Of a stretch of 64,000 nt of DNA, positions 9,839 to 20,243 are shown one piece after another (position 1 is the first letter of the stretch; the number at the start of each line of letters is the position of its first letter). A program made the translations under genes and the position numbers. The stretch lies in the NCBI GenBank assembly GCA_963823665.1, contig CAWGMQ010000004.1:1248001-1312000 (forward strand), written 5' to 3'. The stretch comes from an uncultured Planctomycetota bacterium. GTDB lineage: Bacteria > Planctomycetota > Planctomycetia > Isosphaerales > Isosphaeraceae. The notes below the pieces were generated by a model. The model did not search any database, was not told the DNA's origin, and worked only from the letters and a program-made list of their open reading frames with translations.

Positions 9839-11478
9839 AGTGCCAATCCGGATCGTCGGGGTGCTTCAGGTCCCAGAGGGGCCGACGGCTGCGCACGGTC
9901 GGAATCGTCTCGAAGTTGTAAGCAGGAGGAGGGGACGTCGAGGCCCATTCGAGCGTCCAGGCGTTCCAGGGATCGTCGCCCGACGGAGCACCGTAGAAGA
10001 GCGAAATCAGGAAGTTCCACGCGAAGATCAAATAGCTCGGCGCCTGAATGAGCGCGCCCACGCCGGTGAGCACGTTCCAGAACTGCCAGCGGACGATCGG
10101 CCTGATAGGTGAAAATCCTCCGCGGCATTCCCAGGATGCCGGCAGACGTGCATCGGCCCGAAGGTGAGGATGAAGCCGATGAGCAAGAGCCAGAAGTGCC
10201 ACGCGGCCAGCCGCTCCGAGTACATCCGGCCCGGTGACTTTGGGATACCAGTAATACATCCCCGCGAAGAGGCCCATCAGGATGCCGCCGATGATCACCC
10301 AGTGAAAATGGCCCACGACAAAGTAGCTGTCGTGGAGCTGATAATCGACCGGCGCCACCGCGAGCATGATGCCCGTCAATCCGCCGATCACGAACATCGA
10401 CAAGAAGCCGAAGCAGAAGAGCATCGGCGCGGCCATGCGAATGCGCCCGCCGTAGATCGTGGCGAGCCAGTTGAACATCTTCACTCCGGTCGGAATGCCC
10501 ACCACCAGGCTGGCCGCGGCGAAATAGACGTCGACCGTCCTGCTCATCCCAACCGTGAACATGTGATGCGCCCAGACTCCGAAGCTGACGAATGCGATGG
10601 CCACGGTCGAGGCCGCCACGAACTCGTAGCCGAAGATCACCTTGCGGGAGAAAACCGGAATCACTTCCGAGACCATGCCGAAGGCCGGCAGAACCAGGAT
10701 GTAGACTTCGGGATGGCCGAAAAACCAGAACAGGTGCTGCCACAAGTAAGGTGAGCCGCCGGCCTGGGCGTCGAAGAAATGCGCGCCCAGATTGCGGTCG
10801 AACCAGAGCATGATCGAGCGCGGCGGTCAGCGGCGGGAGAGCGAACAGGATCTGCACGTTGGCCCAGAATGCCATCCAGGTGTAGAGCGGAATCTTGCGC
10901 AGCGTCATTCCAGGGCAGCGCAGCGAAAGCACCGTGGCGACCAGGTTGATCGCACCCGAGACGCTGCCGATGCCGCTGACGATCAGCCCCAGAATCCAGA
11001 AGTCGGTCGCCGAGCCGCGGGCAAAGGCTCGCTCCGTGAGCGGGGCGTAGGCGAACCAGCCGATCGCCGGCGCCCCTCCGGTGGCAAAGCTGAAATAGGC
11101 GAGCAAGCCGCCGAAAATCGTGACCCATAATCCCAGCGCGTTCAAGCGCGGGAACGCCATGTCGCGCGCGCCGATCTGAAGCGGGACGATGTAGTTGGCC
11201 ACGCCGGCCAGGATGGGCATGGCCACGAAGAAGATCATCGTCGTGCCGTGCATCGTCATCATCTGGTTGAAGAAATCGGCCGAGACGATTCTGGCACCGG
11301 GCCACATGAGCTGAAGGCGCATCACGAGCGCTTCGGCACCGCCGATGAGCAGGAACACGATCGCCACGAGGATGTACATCACGCCGATCTTCTTGTGATC
11401 GACGGTGGTCACCCACTCGTGAAGCACGCCGGTCCATGGCGGGCGCGACAGTGCGGTTTCCTGGTGAGCGAGTGTCAT
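9831..11478 (-). CDS. ctaD: Cytochrome c oxidase subunit I, A1 type (several frameshifts)
   Basis: [44 protein letters not shown] and GMPRR, spread over ORFs 9835..11517, 9831..10811 and 10028..10225. Confidence 0.95.
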
Positions 11479-11539
11479 GAAGGCCGTTATCCTGCAAGTG
11501 AGTCGTCGGCGGTTCAACGAGATGCTATGGACAGGAAAT

Positions 11540-12553
11540 CTACTGGAGAGCGCTCAAGTAATCCACGAGGAGATCGACGCTTTTCGCATTCAAACCGAAT
11601 CGAGGCATCAGACAGCCTTCCTTGGTCTGTTGGGGATCGTTCAGCCACTTGCGCAGCTCCTCCCGGGTATTCGGGGTCATTCCCGCGGCGATCGTCTGCC
11701 TGCTCATCAGGTGCGTCAGGTCGGGGGCATAGGTGCCCCGCGCGGTTGTGCCGGTGACGCGATGGCAGTTGACGCACGACTGCGACAAAAATGCGCTTCG
11801 CGCCTCACGCAGCTCGGGCTTGTCGACGGCCGGCCTTTTCTGGTTCTCCAGCCACGACTGGAAATCTGCCGGCGAATCGACGTTCACCCGCAGCAGCATG
11901 TTCGCGTGCTGGGTTCCGCAATACTCGGCGCACTGGCCGAGAAACACGCCTTGCTGATTCGTCTGAAACCACATTTGATTGGTGCGGCCCGGGATCAGGT
12001 CGGTCTTTCCGCCCAGGCGCGGCACCCAGAAGCTATGGCAGACGTCGGCCGACTTGAGCGTCAGGTAGACCGGTCGCGGCACGCCGTCTTCGCTGGCCGG
12101 CACGTGCAGCTCGTTGGCCGTGATGAAGCCCAGATCCTGATCGTCATACTTGTCGTAGATGTATTCCCACCACCACTGATGGCCGATGACGGTGACGTAG
12201 AGCGGCTTGGCTCCGGCCGGCGGAGCCTTGGGATCAACTCGAACCAGGAACTCGGTGCGCGTCAGGATCGAGCGCCAGCACGAACACGGTCAGCGCCGGC
12301 GCCGCGGTCCAGGCGATCTCGATCGGCATGCTGCCATACACCTGGGGCGGCTCGGCCGTTTCTTTGCGCGCAGGCGGAAGCGAACGATGCTGTAGATGAG
12401 CACGCCTTCGACGACAAGCAGAATCACGCCGCAGATGGCCAGGACGAGGATGAAGAGCGACCGGATCGCATGCGCCGCGGGTGAGCTCGGATCGAAGATC
12501 GATAGATTCTCGGCCGCGCCGGCTCGACTGGCAAAGAGGATGAGTCTGCTCAT
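11540..12553 (-). CDS. ctaC: Cytochrome c oxidase subunit II with fused cytochrome c (caa3 type; frameshifted)
   Basis: IEIAWT, GHQWWW (about 12168-12185), DVCHSFW, CuA motif CAEYCGTQHANM and heme motif CVNCH. Confidence 0.93.
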
Positions 12554-12851
12554 ACTTATCGCGTCCTGGTGCGAGCTCGGCTTGCGACAACCTGGCGGCA
12601 CCTGGTGGCCACCCGCCCTTGCGCTGCCAAGACGAGAATATAAGCGGAGCCAGTGGACTTCAACCATCTTCGCCATCAATTCCGGCGAGTCGAATCGAAA
12701 CAATAAACAACTTTCCGTGGCGATTCACTTGGGGGCGGTTCATTGAATGGAAGGGTGACGGGCAGTACTCTGTCGTAGAGGAAAACCCTTCTAGACGCAC
12801 TCGAGAGGAGATAGAACCTCTCCGCTACCCCGATCGACGGAGTTCCGAAAG

Positions 12852-14603
12852 ATGGCCGAACAACCTAAAAGCGGTTTCTATATTGCAGTCGGGCTCGTAG
12901 TCGCTGCGCTGATTGGCTTTGCAGTTTATCGCGGCCGCGATGTGATCGCGCCCCCGCCGGCTGCCCCCCCTGGCGGCGGTGCCGGGCAAGCGAAGATCGA
13001 TCCCAAGGAAATCGCACAACCGGCCGAATCCAGCCAGGATACGTCGAGCCCGACCACCGTCAAGGAATACACGTTCAGGCCGGCCGAAAAGCTGCCACCG
13101 GTCAAGGGAACAGCCGCGTACAAGCCGCTCGTCAACAATACGGTGCGATTTGCTCTGAACATATGGGCAGGTTGGGCGCCAATCGTCTTTGCGAATGACG
13201 GGTTCAAGGCCGGAAAAGAATGGACGACGCCGGGCGGAGAGAAGTTCAAGGTCGATCTCGTTCTGATCGACGAGCCGGTTGCCATGCGCGACGCCTACGC
13301 TGCCGGGAGCATTCATATCGGGTGGGCCACGCTGGATATGGTTCCGCTGTTCCTTCAGGGCTTCGTCGACGCGGAAGGCAACCCGACCGACAGCCGGATC
13401 ATGCCGCGCATCTATCAGCAGGTCGATTTCTCGAACGGCGGCGACGGCATCGTCGTGCGCGAGAATATCAAGACGGCAGCCGACCTTCGCGGCAAGAAGA
13501 TGGTGCTCGCGCAGAACTCCCCCTCACATTACTTCGCGCTCAACATGCTGGTCTCCGGCGGCGTGCAGCCGCCGGAAGTCGATATGACGTTCACGCCGAG
13601 CGCATTCGAGGCCGCCTCCGCATTCAACGCTCGCAAGGAATTCTCGGCGTGCGTTTCCTGGGCGCCGGACATTTACAACTTGGCGAAGATCAAGGGAAAC
13701 CGCATGCTGGTGACAACCCAGACTGCCAACCGACTGATCGCCGACGTCTGGTTCGCCCGGGCCGATTTCGCCCGCGATCACGGGCCAATCATCGAGGGCT
13801 TGGTTCGCGGAATCTTCGACGCGATGGAGCAGCTCAAGGAGCAGCCCAACAAGCAAAAGGTCTCCAAGCTCATGGCTGCCGGCTATACCATTCCGGAGGC
13901 CGATGCGCTCGCCATGCTGGGCGACGCCCACAGCACCAACTGGGCCGAGAACTTCCAGTTCTTCATCAACCAGAACAACCCGACCAACTTCGAGGTCATC
14001 TGGCAACGCGCATACATGCTCTATCGCCGGATCGGCTCGATCACGCACCGGCCCGTGCCCTTCGACCAGGTCATGGATTATTCCGTCATCCAAAAGCTGG
14101 GGCAGGAGGAGAAGTACGCGAAGTCGAAGGTGGAATACGAGTCGAGGGTCGCTCCCAAAGACGTGCAAACCGTTCGTACCGAGGGCGAAGAGATTCTGAC
14201 GAACACGGTCGTCATCCACTTTTTCCCCAACAGCTTTGATCCGATGTCAACCGTTGAACGAACGGTCAACGGCAAGAAGGTCGAGGAACGCTATGACCCC
14301 AATGTCGAGAACGTTCTCAAGGAGATCGCGCAACTGGCCGGGCAGTTCGGCACCGCGCGAATCATCATCGAAGGCCATACCGACGGCTCGATGAAAGGCC
14401 AGGTGCCGGTCGAGGCCGTCAAGGACCTTTCCCTCAAGCGCGCCAACGCCATCAAGGAAGCCCTCATCAGCAAGTACAGCGACCTCGACCCCAATCGATT
14501 TAACGTCGATGGCCTGGGGTGGGATCGCCCCGTCGACCCGCTCAATCAGACCAAAAATCGACGGGTCGAGATCAAGGTGCTCACGGCCGAGAAGGCAAAC
14601 TGA
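12852..14603 (+). CDS. Membrane-anchored ABC substrate-binding protein (SsuA/NMT1-like) fused to an OmpA-like C-terminal domain
   Basis: N-terminal TM and Pro-rich linker; DFSNGGDGIV and DLRGKK; C-terminal IIIEGHTD...LSLKRA...NRRVEI. Confidence 0.88.
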   Translation: MAEQPKSGFYIAVGLVVAALIGFAVYRGRDVIAPPPAAPPGGGAGQAKIDPKEIAQPAESSQDTSSPTTVKEYTFRPAEKLPPVKGTAAYKPLVNNTVRFALNIWAGWAPIVFANDGFKAGKEWTTPGGEKFKVDLVLIDEPVAMRDAYAAGSIHIGWATLDMVPLFLQGFVDAEGNPTDSRIMPRIYQQVDFSNGGDGIVVRENIKTAADLRGKKMVLAQNSPSHYFALNMLVSGGVQPPEVDMTFTPSAFEAASAFNARKEFSACVSWAPDIYNLAKIKGNRMLVTTQTANRLIADVWFARADFARDHGPIIEGLVRGIFDAMEQLKEQPNKQKVSKLMAAGYTIPEADALAMLGDAHSTNWAENFQFFINQNNPTNFEVIWQRAYMLYRRIGSITHRPVPFDQVMDYSVIQKLGQEEKYAKSKVEYESRVAPKDVQTVRTEGEEILTNTVVIHFFPNSFDPMSTVERTVNGKKVEERYDPNVENVLKEIAQLAGQFGTARIIIEGHTDGSMKGQVPVEAVKDLSLKRANAIKEALISKYSDLDPNRFNVDGLGWDRPVDPLNQTKNRRVEIKVLTAEKAN

Positions 14604-15568
14604 TGAAGGATCTTCGTTTCGCCTTGCGGCGCCGGTTACCGACCTGGCAGGCAGTGCTCATGGGCATTCTGGGCGTGGGCACCTGCCTGTCGATCTGGTG
14701 GTTTGTGACGTCCGGACCGGTCGAAGAGCGGATCATTTCACCCGCGAAAGGGCTGCCCAGCCCGAAGGAGACGTTCGCCAGCTTTCCAAGTCTGTGGTTT
14801 GATCGGGCGCTCACGCGCAACCTCCTGATCACCCTGCGACGGCTTTCTCTGGGGTTCGGGCTGGCCACACTGGTCGGAGTACCGCTGGGAGTGCTCTGCG
14901 GCTGCTTCGATCGGGTGCAAACTTTTTTCATGCCCGTGATTTTGTTCGGCCGCAACATCCCGGTCGCGGCACTCATTCCGCTGACGTTCTCCCTCTTCGA
15001 CATCGGCGAGATGCAAAAGGTGATGTTCATCTTCATCGCCTGCGTGGCATTCGTGGTGTGGGACACCACCCGTGCCATCGAGGAGGTTGGCGGCCAGTAC
15101 ATCGACACAGCTTACACGCTGGGTGCCGGCACCTGGCAGACCATCGGCAAGGTGCTCTTGCCGCTGGCACTACCCAGCGTGTTCAACTCGCTGAGACTGC
15201 TCTTCGGTCTGGCGTTCGGCTACATCATGCTCGCCGAGGTGGTGAAGTTCGGCTCGGAAGCCGGTGGGCTCGGCGATCTCATCAACACGTCGCAGCGCCT
15301 CGGCAACCGCCGGCACGTGCTGCTCATTCTGCTGATCATTCCGGTCGTCGCACTGTGCATCGACCGGTTCTTCTTTTTCGTCCAGGCAGAGCTGTTTCCG
15401 TACCGATACGGCGGCATGGGTCTTCTGGACCGGCTGCTTCGCAGCGTGCTGCACGCCTGGGAAGACCTGCGCTTGTTGATGTGGAGAGCAGTCACGGGAC
15501 AGCTCTGGCGGAAAGCGGTCGGGAAGCCCGCACCGGCCAATGCTCCAGCCGATGCCAAGACGCCATGA
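14603..15568 (+). CDS. ABC transporter permease (SsuC/TauC-like)
   Basis: LPSP, multiple TMs, EAA-like YIDTAYTLGA...LPLALP; start overlaps the previous stop (TGATG). Confidence 0.92.
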   Translation: MKDLRFALRRRLPTWQAVLMGILGVGTCLSIWWFVTSGPVEERIISPAKGLPSPKETFASFPSLWFDRALTRNLLITLRRLSLGFGLATLVGVPLGVLCGCFDRVQTFFMPVILFGRNIPVAALIPLTFSLFDIGEMQKVMFIFIACVAFVVWDTTRAIEEVGGQYIDTAYTLGAGTWQTIGKVLLPLALPSVFNSLRLLFGLAFGYIMLAEVVKFGSEAGGLGDLINTSQRLGNRRHVLLILLIIPVVALCIDRFFFFVQAELFPYRYGGMGLLDRLLRSVLHAWEDLRLLMWRAVTGQLWRKAVGKPAPANAPADAKTP

Positions 15569-16485
15569 GTAATGCTGATCCAAAGCCGGGAGCAGTTGTG
15601 AGCGCAGCAGCCGGCCAGGCCGTCGGCATCGGCCGCGTGCTCGCCGGCGTTCGCCAGCCGGGCGAAGTGCGGCAGCCGCATGTCGTCGAGTTTCGCGGCG
15701 TGACCAAGATGTTCAACGCCGGCAAATCGAACGAATTCACCGCGATTCACAATGTCACGTTCGTCGTTGAAGACCTGGTCGACAAGGGCGAGTTCATCTG
15801 CGTGCTCGGCCCCAGCGGCAGCGGCAAGAGCACGATCCTGCGGCTCATTGCCGGCCTGCGGCCCCAGCATCCTCCAACCACGGGCGAAGTGCTCGTGATG
15901 GGAGAAAAAGTCCTCGGCCCCGGCGCCGACCGCGGCATGGTCTTCCAGGACTACACGAGCTTTGACCATCGCACTGTCCTCGATAACGTGGCATTCGGCC
16001 TGGAATGCCAGGGCGTGCCGCGACGGGAGCGCTATGAGCACGCCCGGCGCTGGATTACACGTGTCGGCCTCGACGTGACCACAGACGAACACAAATACCC
16101 GCACGAGCTCTCCGGCGGCATGCGGCAGCGGGTTGCGATCGCTCGCACCTTGATCCTGCACCCGCGAATCATTCTGATGGACGAGCCGTTCGGAGCGCTC
16201 GACCCGATGACTCGCATGGCAATGCAAGACCTCGTGCTCGAGCTCTGGCGCACGACGCAGGCAACCGTCTTCTTCGTCACCCATTCGATCGAGGAAGCCG
16301 TGTTCCTGGGAGACCGCATTTATGTCGTATCGAACTCGCCCGGAACGATCCTTCACGAGCTGACGATCGACCCTTCGGACCGGCCGTCCAAGGAAATGCA
16401 GCGTGAAGAACGTTTTCAGCAGACGGTATATTATCTGCGTGACCTGATCAGCCAGCTCGAAGAAAGTCGCCGGGCCGGTACCTGA
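15565..16485 (+). CDS. ABC transporter ATP-binding protein (SsuB/TauB-like)
   Basis: GPSGSGKS, LSGGMRQR, LMDEPFGALD and VTH; ATGA overlap with the permease. Confidence 0.95.
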   Translation: MSNADPKPGAVVSAAAGQAVGIGRVLAGVRQPGEVRQPHVVEFRGVTKMFNAGKSNEFTAIHNVTFVVEDLVDKGEFICVLGPSGSGKSTILRLIAGLRPQHPPTTGEVLVMGEKVLGPGADRGMVFQDYTSFDHRTVLDNVAFGLECQGVPRRERYEHARRWITRVGLDVTTDEHKYPHELSGGMRQRVAIARTLILHPRIILMDEPFGALDPMTRMAMQDLVLELWRTTQATVFFVTHSIEEAVFLGDRIYVVSNSPGTILHELTIDPSDRPSKEMQREERFQQTVYYLRDLISQLEESRRAGT

Positions 16486-16525
16486 TACACGGGGCCGATC
16501 AATTTTCGGGAGGACCAGCAGAGCA

Positions 16526-17442
16526 GTGGGCCTGGGCAAATACATCAAGAAGGCATTCCTTTTTCACTGGAACTTGCTCGCGTTCGCAGGCGGCATGGGC
16601 TTCGCCTTCCTCTCCGGGCATCCAGACGTCTTCGCGCCCGTTGTGCTGGCGGCTGAGACCGCCTACCTCGGGTTCCTCGGCACGCATCCTCGCTTCCAGA
16701 GGCACGTCGACGCCCAGGAGCACAAGGCGGCCCGCGCGCAGGTCGAGTGCCGAGGCCGTCCTGCGCTTGATGCGAGCGCTGCCTCCCGCGCAGCTTCGCC
16801 GCTTTCAGGCTTTGAAGGATCGCTGCCTTTCGGTGCGCCAGATCGCCGAGCAGTTGCGCAGCCCGACGGTGAGGCGCCCTGCGCTCACTCGACGAGCTTC
16901 AGCTCGCCGATCTAGACCGCCTGCTCTGGATCTACCTCCGCACTCTCTACACCCAGTACATGCTCGAACGGTTTTTCCAGAGCACCAGCATGCAGGAGAT
17001 AGAGTCAGAGATCAAACGTCTCGAGGAACGCATTCGCCGGCTGGACAAGGAACCCGAATCCGCCAATCGCACGCGGATCAGGCAGTCTCTGCAAGGCAAC
17101 CTGGAAACCGGCAAGTCACGGCTCGCCAATCTGGAAAAGGCCCGCGAGAACTACGACTTGCTTCAGGCCGAGATCGAGAATCTCGAGACAAAGATCCAGT
17201 CGATTACCGAGCTGGCGATCAACCGCAGCGATGCCGAGGCCATCACCGGGCAGGTCGAGCAGATCACGCAGGGTTTGGTCCGCACCGAGCAGACGATCAA
17301 CGACCTGGGATTCGCCACCGGCGGGGAATCGTTCGATTTGACGGTGCCGAGCATCCTGGCGCGAGAGGTTGGCGAAGGAGCTCAGATGGGACAGGAGGCT
17401 TCGCCGCCGCGACGGCGCCAGGACGAGATTCAATTCCTTTGA
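16526..17442 (+). CDS. Membrane-anchored coiled-coil protein of unknown function (frameshifted)
   Basis: Two N-terminal TMs (ORF 16526..16915), a middle piece in ORF 16641.. (AEAVLRLMRALP) and a heptad-rich C-terminus (ORF 16960..17442); GGAGG precedes the GTG. Confidence 0.7.
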
Positions 17443-17467
17443 TCCGAGGTCACCTCGAGGGCGCTCG

Positions 17468-19255
17468 ATGGCTCTCGCAGAGAAACGGCTGGTGCTGGGA
17501 ATCAACTGCGCCTATCACGAGAGCTCGGCTGCCCTCGTGCGCGGCGATCAGGTCGTCTTCGCCGTCGAGGAAGAACGCTTCACCCGGATCAAGCACGCGA
17601 AGCAAGCTCGAGTGACGAACCCCGATGAGCTTCCCTGGAATGCGATCCGCGCATGCCTCGAGTTCGTACCCGAATCGAAGCTCTCTCTGCTCGACGCCAT
17701 CGCCTATTCGCTCGCCCCGGGACGCCGCCTCGCCATGGTTGGGCTTGATCCGTACCAGCGCGACGACAGAACCGGATTCGGCACGCCGCAGGGCGAAGCC
17801 GAGTTTAACTCCCGAGTGCTGGGGATTCCGCACCTGTTCGCCCGCGAGGCGAATGATTCGGCCGTCGCGGATCGATTTCACTTTGTTCCTCACCACCGCG
17901 CGCACGCGGCGAGCGCATTCTACGCATCGCTGTTCCCGTCGGCCGCCATTCTGGTGATCGATGGCATCGGCGAAGCCGCGACGGCGTGGCTCGGCCGAGG
18001 CACGGGCAAGGGACTGGAGCCGCTCGAAGAGATTCCGTATCCGCACTCGATCGGAATGCTCTGGGAACGGGTGGCCGTGTATCTCGGCTTCACCGAGTTC
18101 GACGCCTGCAAGGTCATGGGGCTGGCCGCCTACGGAGACCAAACGCGGTTCGCAGCGGAGCTTGATCTTCTCTTCCCGATTCTGGATAAACGCGGAGGCG
18201 TGATCGGGAAAGACGCGCCGCCTTTCCGCATCGACTCGGAGATTGCACGGCTGCGAGCCGATGACGTGTCCGGACTCGAAGCGCTCTTCGGACCCAGGCG
18301 CAGCCCGGGCGAATCGCCCACGCTCGCTCGGTTTGCCGACTTCGCCGCGTCCTTGCAACGCCGAACCGAGCAGGCGGTGCTCGCACTCGCTTGGCGGCTT
18401 TTTCGAGCAACCGAAGAACGGTATCTCGTTTTCGCAGGAGGACTGGCACTCAATTGCGTCTCGAACGCCGAGCTCGAGCGTCACGGTCCTTTTCGATCCC
18501 TGTTCGTACCCTGTGCGGCCCACGACGCCGGAACCGCGATCGGAGCAGCACTCGACGTTGCGCATGAAGAAGCCATGACCGCTCAAGAAATTCGAACCTA
18601 CCAGCCGCGGATGCACACTTCGTTCCTGGGTCCGAAGTATCGGGCTGCCGCGATTGAATCAGCCCTTGTGCAGGGGGGCTATTCGTTCCAGAAAGTCGTC
18701 GATCCTGCCGGCATGGCAGCGGCTTTGATCGCCGAGGGGTTCCTGGTCGGGTGGTTCCAAGGTCGAATGGAATTCGGTCCCAGAGCTCTGGGCCACCGGT
18801 CGCTGCTCGCCGATCCGCGCGATGCCCGGATTTGCGATAGGCTCAACCGCAGAATCAAACACCGCGAGCCATTCCAGCCATTCGGTGCGTCGGTGTTGGC
18901 CGAAGAGGCCCGGCACTGGTTCCAAACGCCGCGGCGGCGGTCGCGGGCCGCTTTGTGCCGCAGTTTCATGAATGTCGCCTATCCCGTCCGATTCAAGCAA
19001 GAAGACCGCATTCCGGCCGTGCTGCATCATGACCACACATGCCGGGTGCAGTTGGTGTACGCGAAACAGAACCGACTGTTTCATTCGCTGATCAGCCAAT
19101 TCCAGCAGCTCACCGGGGTGCCGCTCGTTCTGAATACGTCATTCAACGATCAGGAGCCTCTGGTGGCGACTCCCGATGATGCGCTCAAGACATTTGCGCG
19201 TTCCGAGATCGACGCCCTATTTCTGGGAGACTACCTTGTCCGCCGGCCGACTTAG
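17468..19255 (+). CDS. Carbamoyltransferase, NodU/CmcH/TobZ family
   Basis: YHESSAAL, EEERFTRIKH, HHRAHA, IDGIGE, KVMGLAAYG, EFGPRALGHRS and LNTSFN. Confidence 0.95.
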   Translation: MALAEKRLVLGINCAYHESSAALVRGDQVVFAVEEERFTRIKHAKQARVTNPDELPWNAIRACLEFVPESKLSLLDAIAYSLAPGRRLAMVGLDPYQRDDRTGFGTPQGEAEFNSRVLGIPHLFAREANDSAVADRFHFVPHHRAHAASAFYASLFPSAAILVIDGIGEAATAWLGRGTGKGLEPLEEIPYPHSIGMLWERVAVYLGFTEFDACKVMGLAAYGDQTRFAAELDLLFPILDKRGGVIGKDAPPFRIDSEIARLRADDVSGLEALFGPRRSPGESPTLARFADFAASLQRRTEQAVLALAWRLFRATEERYLVFAGGLALNCVSNAELERHGPFRSLFVPCAAHDAGTAIGAALDVAHEEAMTAQEIRTYQPRMHTSFLGPKYRAAAIESALVQGGYSFQKVVDPAGMAAALIAEGFLVGWFQGRMEFGPRALGHRSLLADPRDARICDRLNRRIKHREPFQPFGASVLAEEARHWFQTPRRRSRAALCRSFMNVAYPVRFKQEDRIPAVLHHDHTCRVQLVYAKQNRLFHSLISQFQQLTGVPLVLNTSFNDQEPLVATPDDALKTFARSEIDALFLGDYLVRRPT

Positions 19256-20243
19256 CGTCTCGGCAGCGAGGGTCCGAGTCGAGCCGCCCGAAGCGTTGCG
19301 CTTCGAGCCGGTGCGCGATCGATACGGCCCGCGGCTGGCGCTCGTCTTCGGAAATCACGCGCGGGACGGGATGTGCCCATACTATCTCGGGAGCCGGTGC
19401 TTGCACTGCGACATCGGGGCAGGGGAGGGAGCAGCGTTCGATCTCGAGGCGAACCGCGGCCGACTCGCGTGGTTCGCCGGCTATTATCGAGCGATCCTGG
19501 GCTCGGTAAGCCACCTGGTCATCTACAATTCCGGCTCCGTGCTGAACCCCGGGGAAATGCCGCCGGACTTTCTGGGCGAGATCGCCGCCTTCGCACGATC
19601 CTTGCCGGCCGTCCGCGTCCTTTCACTCGACTCACGCGAGGCCTTTATCCAGCGCGAGAGTCTTCGACCGATTCTGGATGTTGCAGGTGCGCAAATCACG
19701 GTCAGACCAGTTCTGGGGGTCGAGTCATCGGACGATCGAATTCGCAATGAAGTCCTCAGGAAGGTGATGCCGCGCGAGAAGATCATCCGCGTTTTCCGCG
19801 ACTTGGGTGAGCTTTCAGCCGAATACGGGCCGGACCGAATTGGAGTCGATGTGAACGTCGTCATCGGCAGTCCGGGTACTACGAGTGAGACAGCGGTGTC
19901 CGATGCCGCGGATACGGCACTCTTCGCGCTACGAGCGGGGTCCGAGCACGGGGTGCGAGTCGACCTGAATCTGCACCCGTACTATAGTGGACAGCGCGGG
20001 CGTGAATTTTTTCCCGATCACGGTCGCTGCTCGGTTGCAACAACCGTGACCGCGGCTTCGGCGATTGCGGAGTTGGTGCGATCGGCTGGGGCGCAGACGA
20101 ACGTCTTCATCGGATGGCAGGATGAAGGTCATGACTGCGAGCAGAACGAGCGATCTCTTGAATTGAAACGCGCGATGGCCGCCTTCGACCGATTCAATCA
20201 GACAAATAATCCTCGAGTGCTTCTGGAAAGCGGGCTGACATGA
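19176..20243 (+). CDS. Radical SAM-like protein with CX7CX2C motif, resembling the archaeal RaSEA/TIGR01210 family (true start uncertain, possibly TTG 19296)
   Basis: CPYYLGSRCLHC (19374-19409), IYNSGSVL, DSR, LGVESSDDRIRNEVLRK and LNLHP. Confidence 0.7.
   Translation: MMRSRHLRVPRSTPYFWETTLSAGRLSVSAARVRVEPPEALRFEPVRDRYGPRLALVFGNHARDGMCPYYLGSRCLHCDIGAGEGAAFDLEANRGRLAWFAGYYRAILGSVSHLVIYNSGSVLNPGEMPPDFLGEIAAFARSLPAVRVLSLDSREAFIQRESLRPILDVAGAQITVRPVLGVESSDDRIRNEVLRKVMPREKIIRVFRDLGELSAEYGPDRIGVDVNVVIGSPGTTSETAVSDAADTALFALRAGSEHGVRVDLNLHPYYSGQRGREFFPDHGRCSVATTVTAASAIAELVRSAGAQTNVFIGWQDEGHDCEQNERSLELKRAMAAFDRFNQTNNPRVLLESGLT

Noticed and set aside
12554..12851. FNR-type or other regulator box in the divergent promoter region
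   Set aside because: No convincing TTGAT-N4-ATCAA or other dyad was seen; a promoter is likely but cannot be placed
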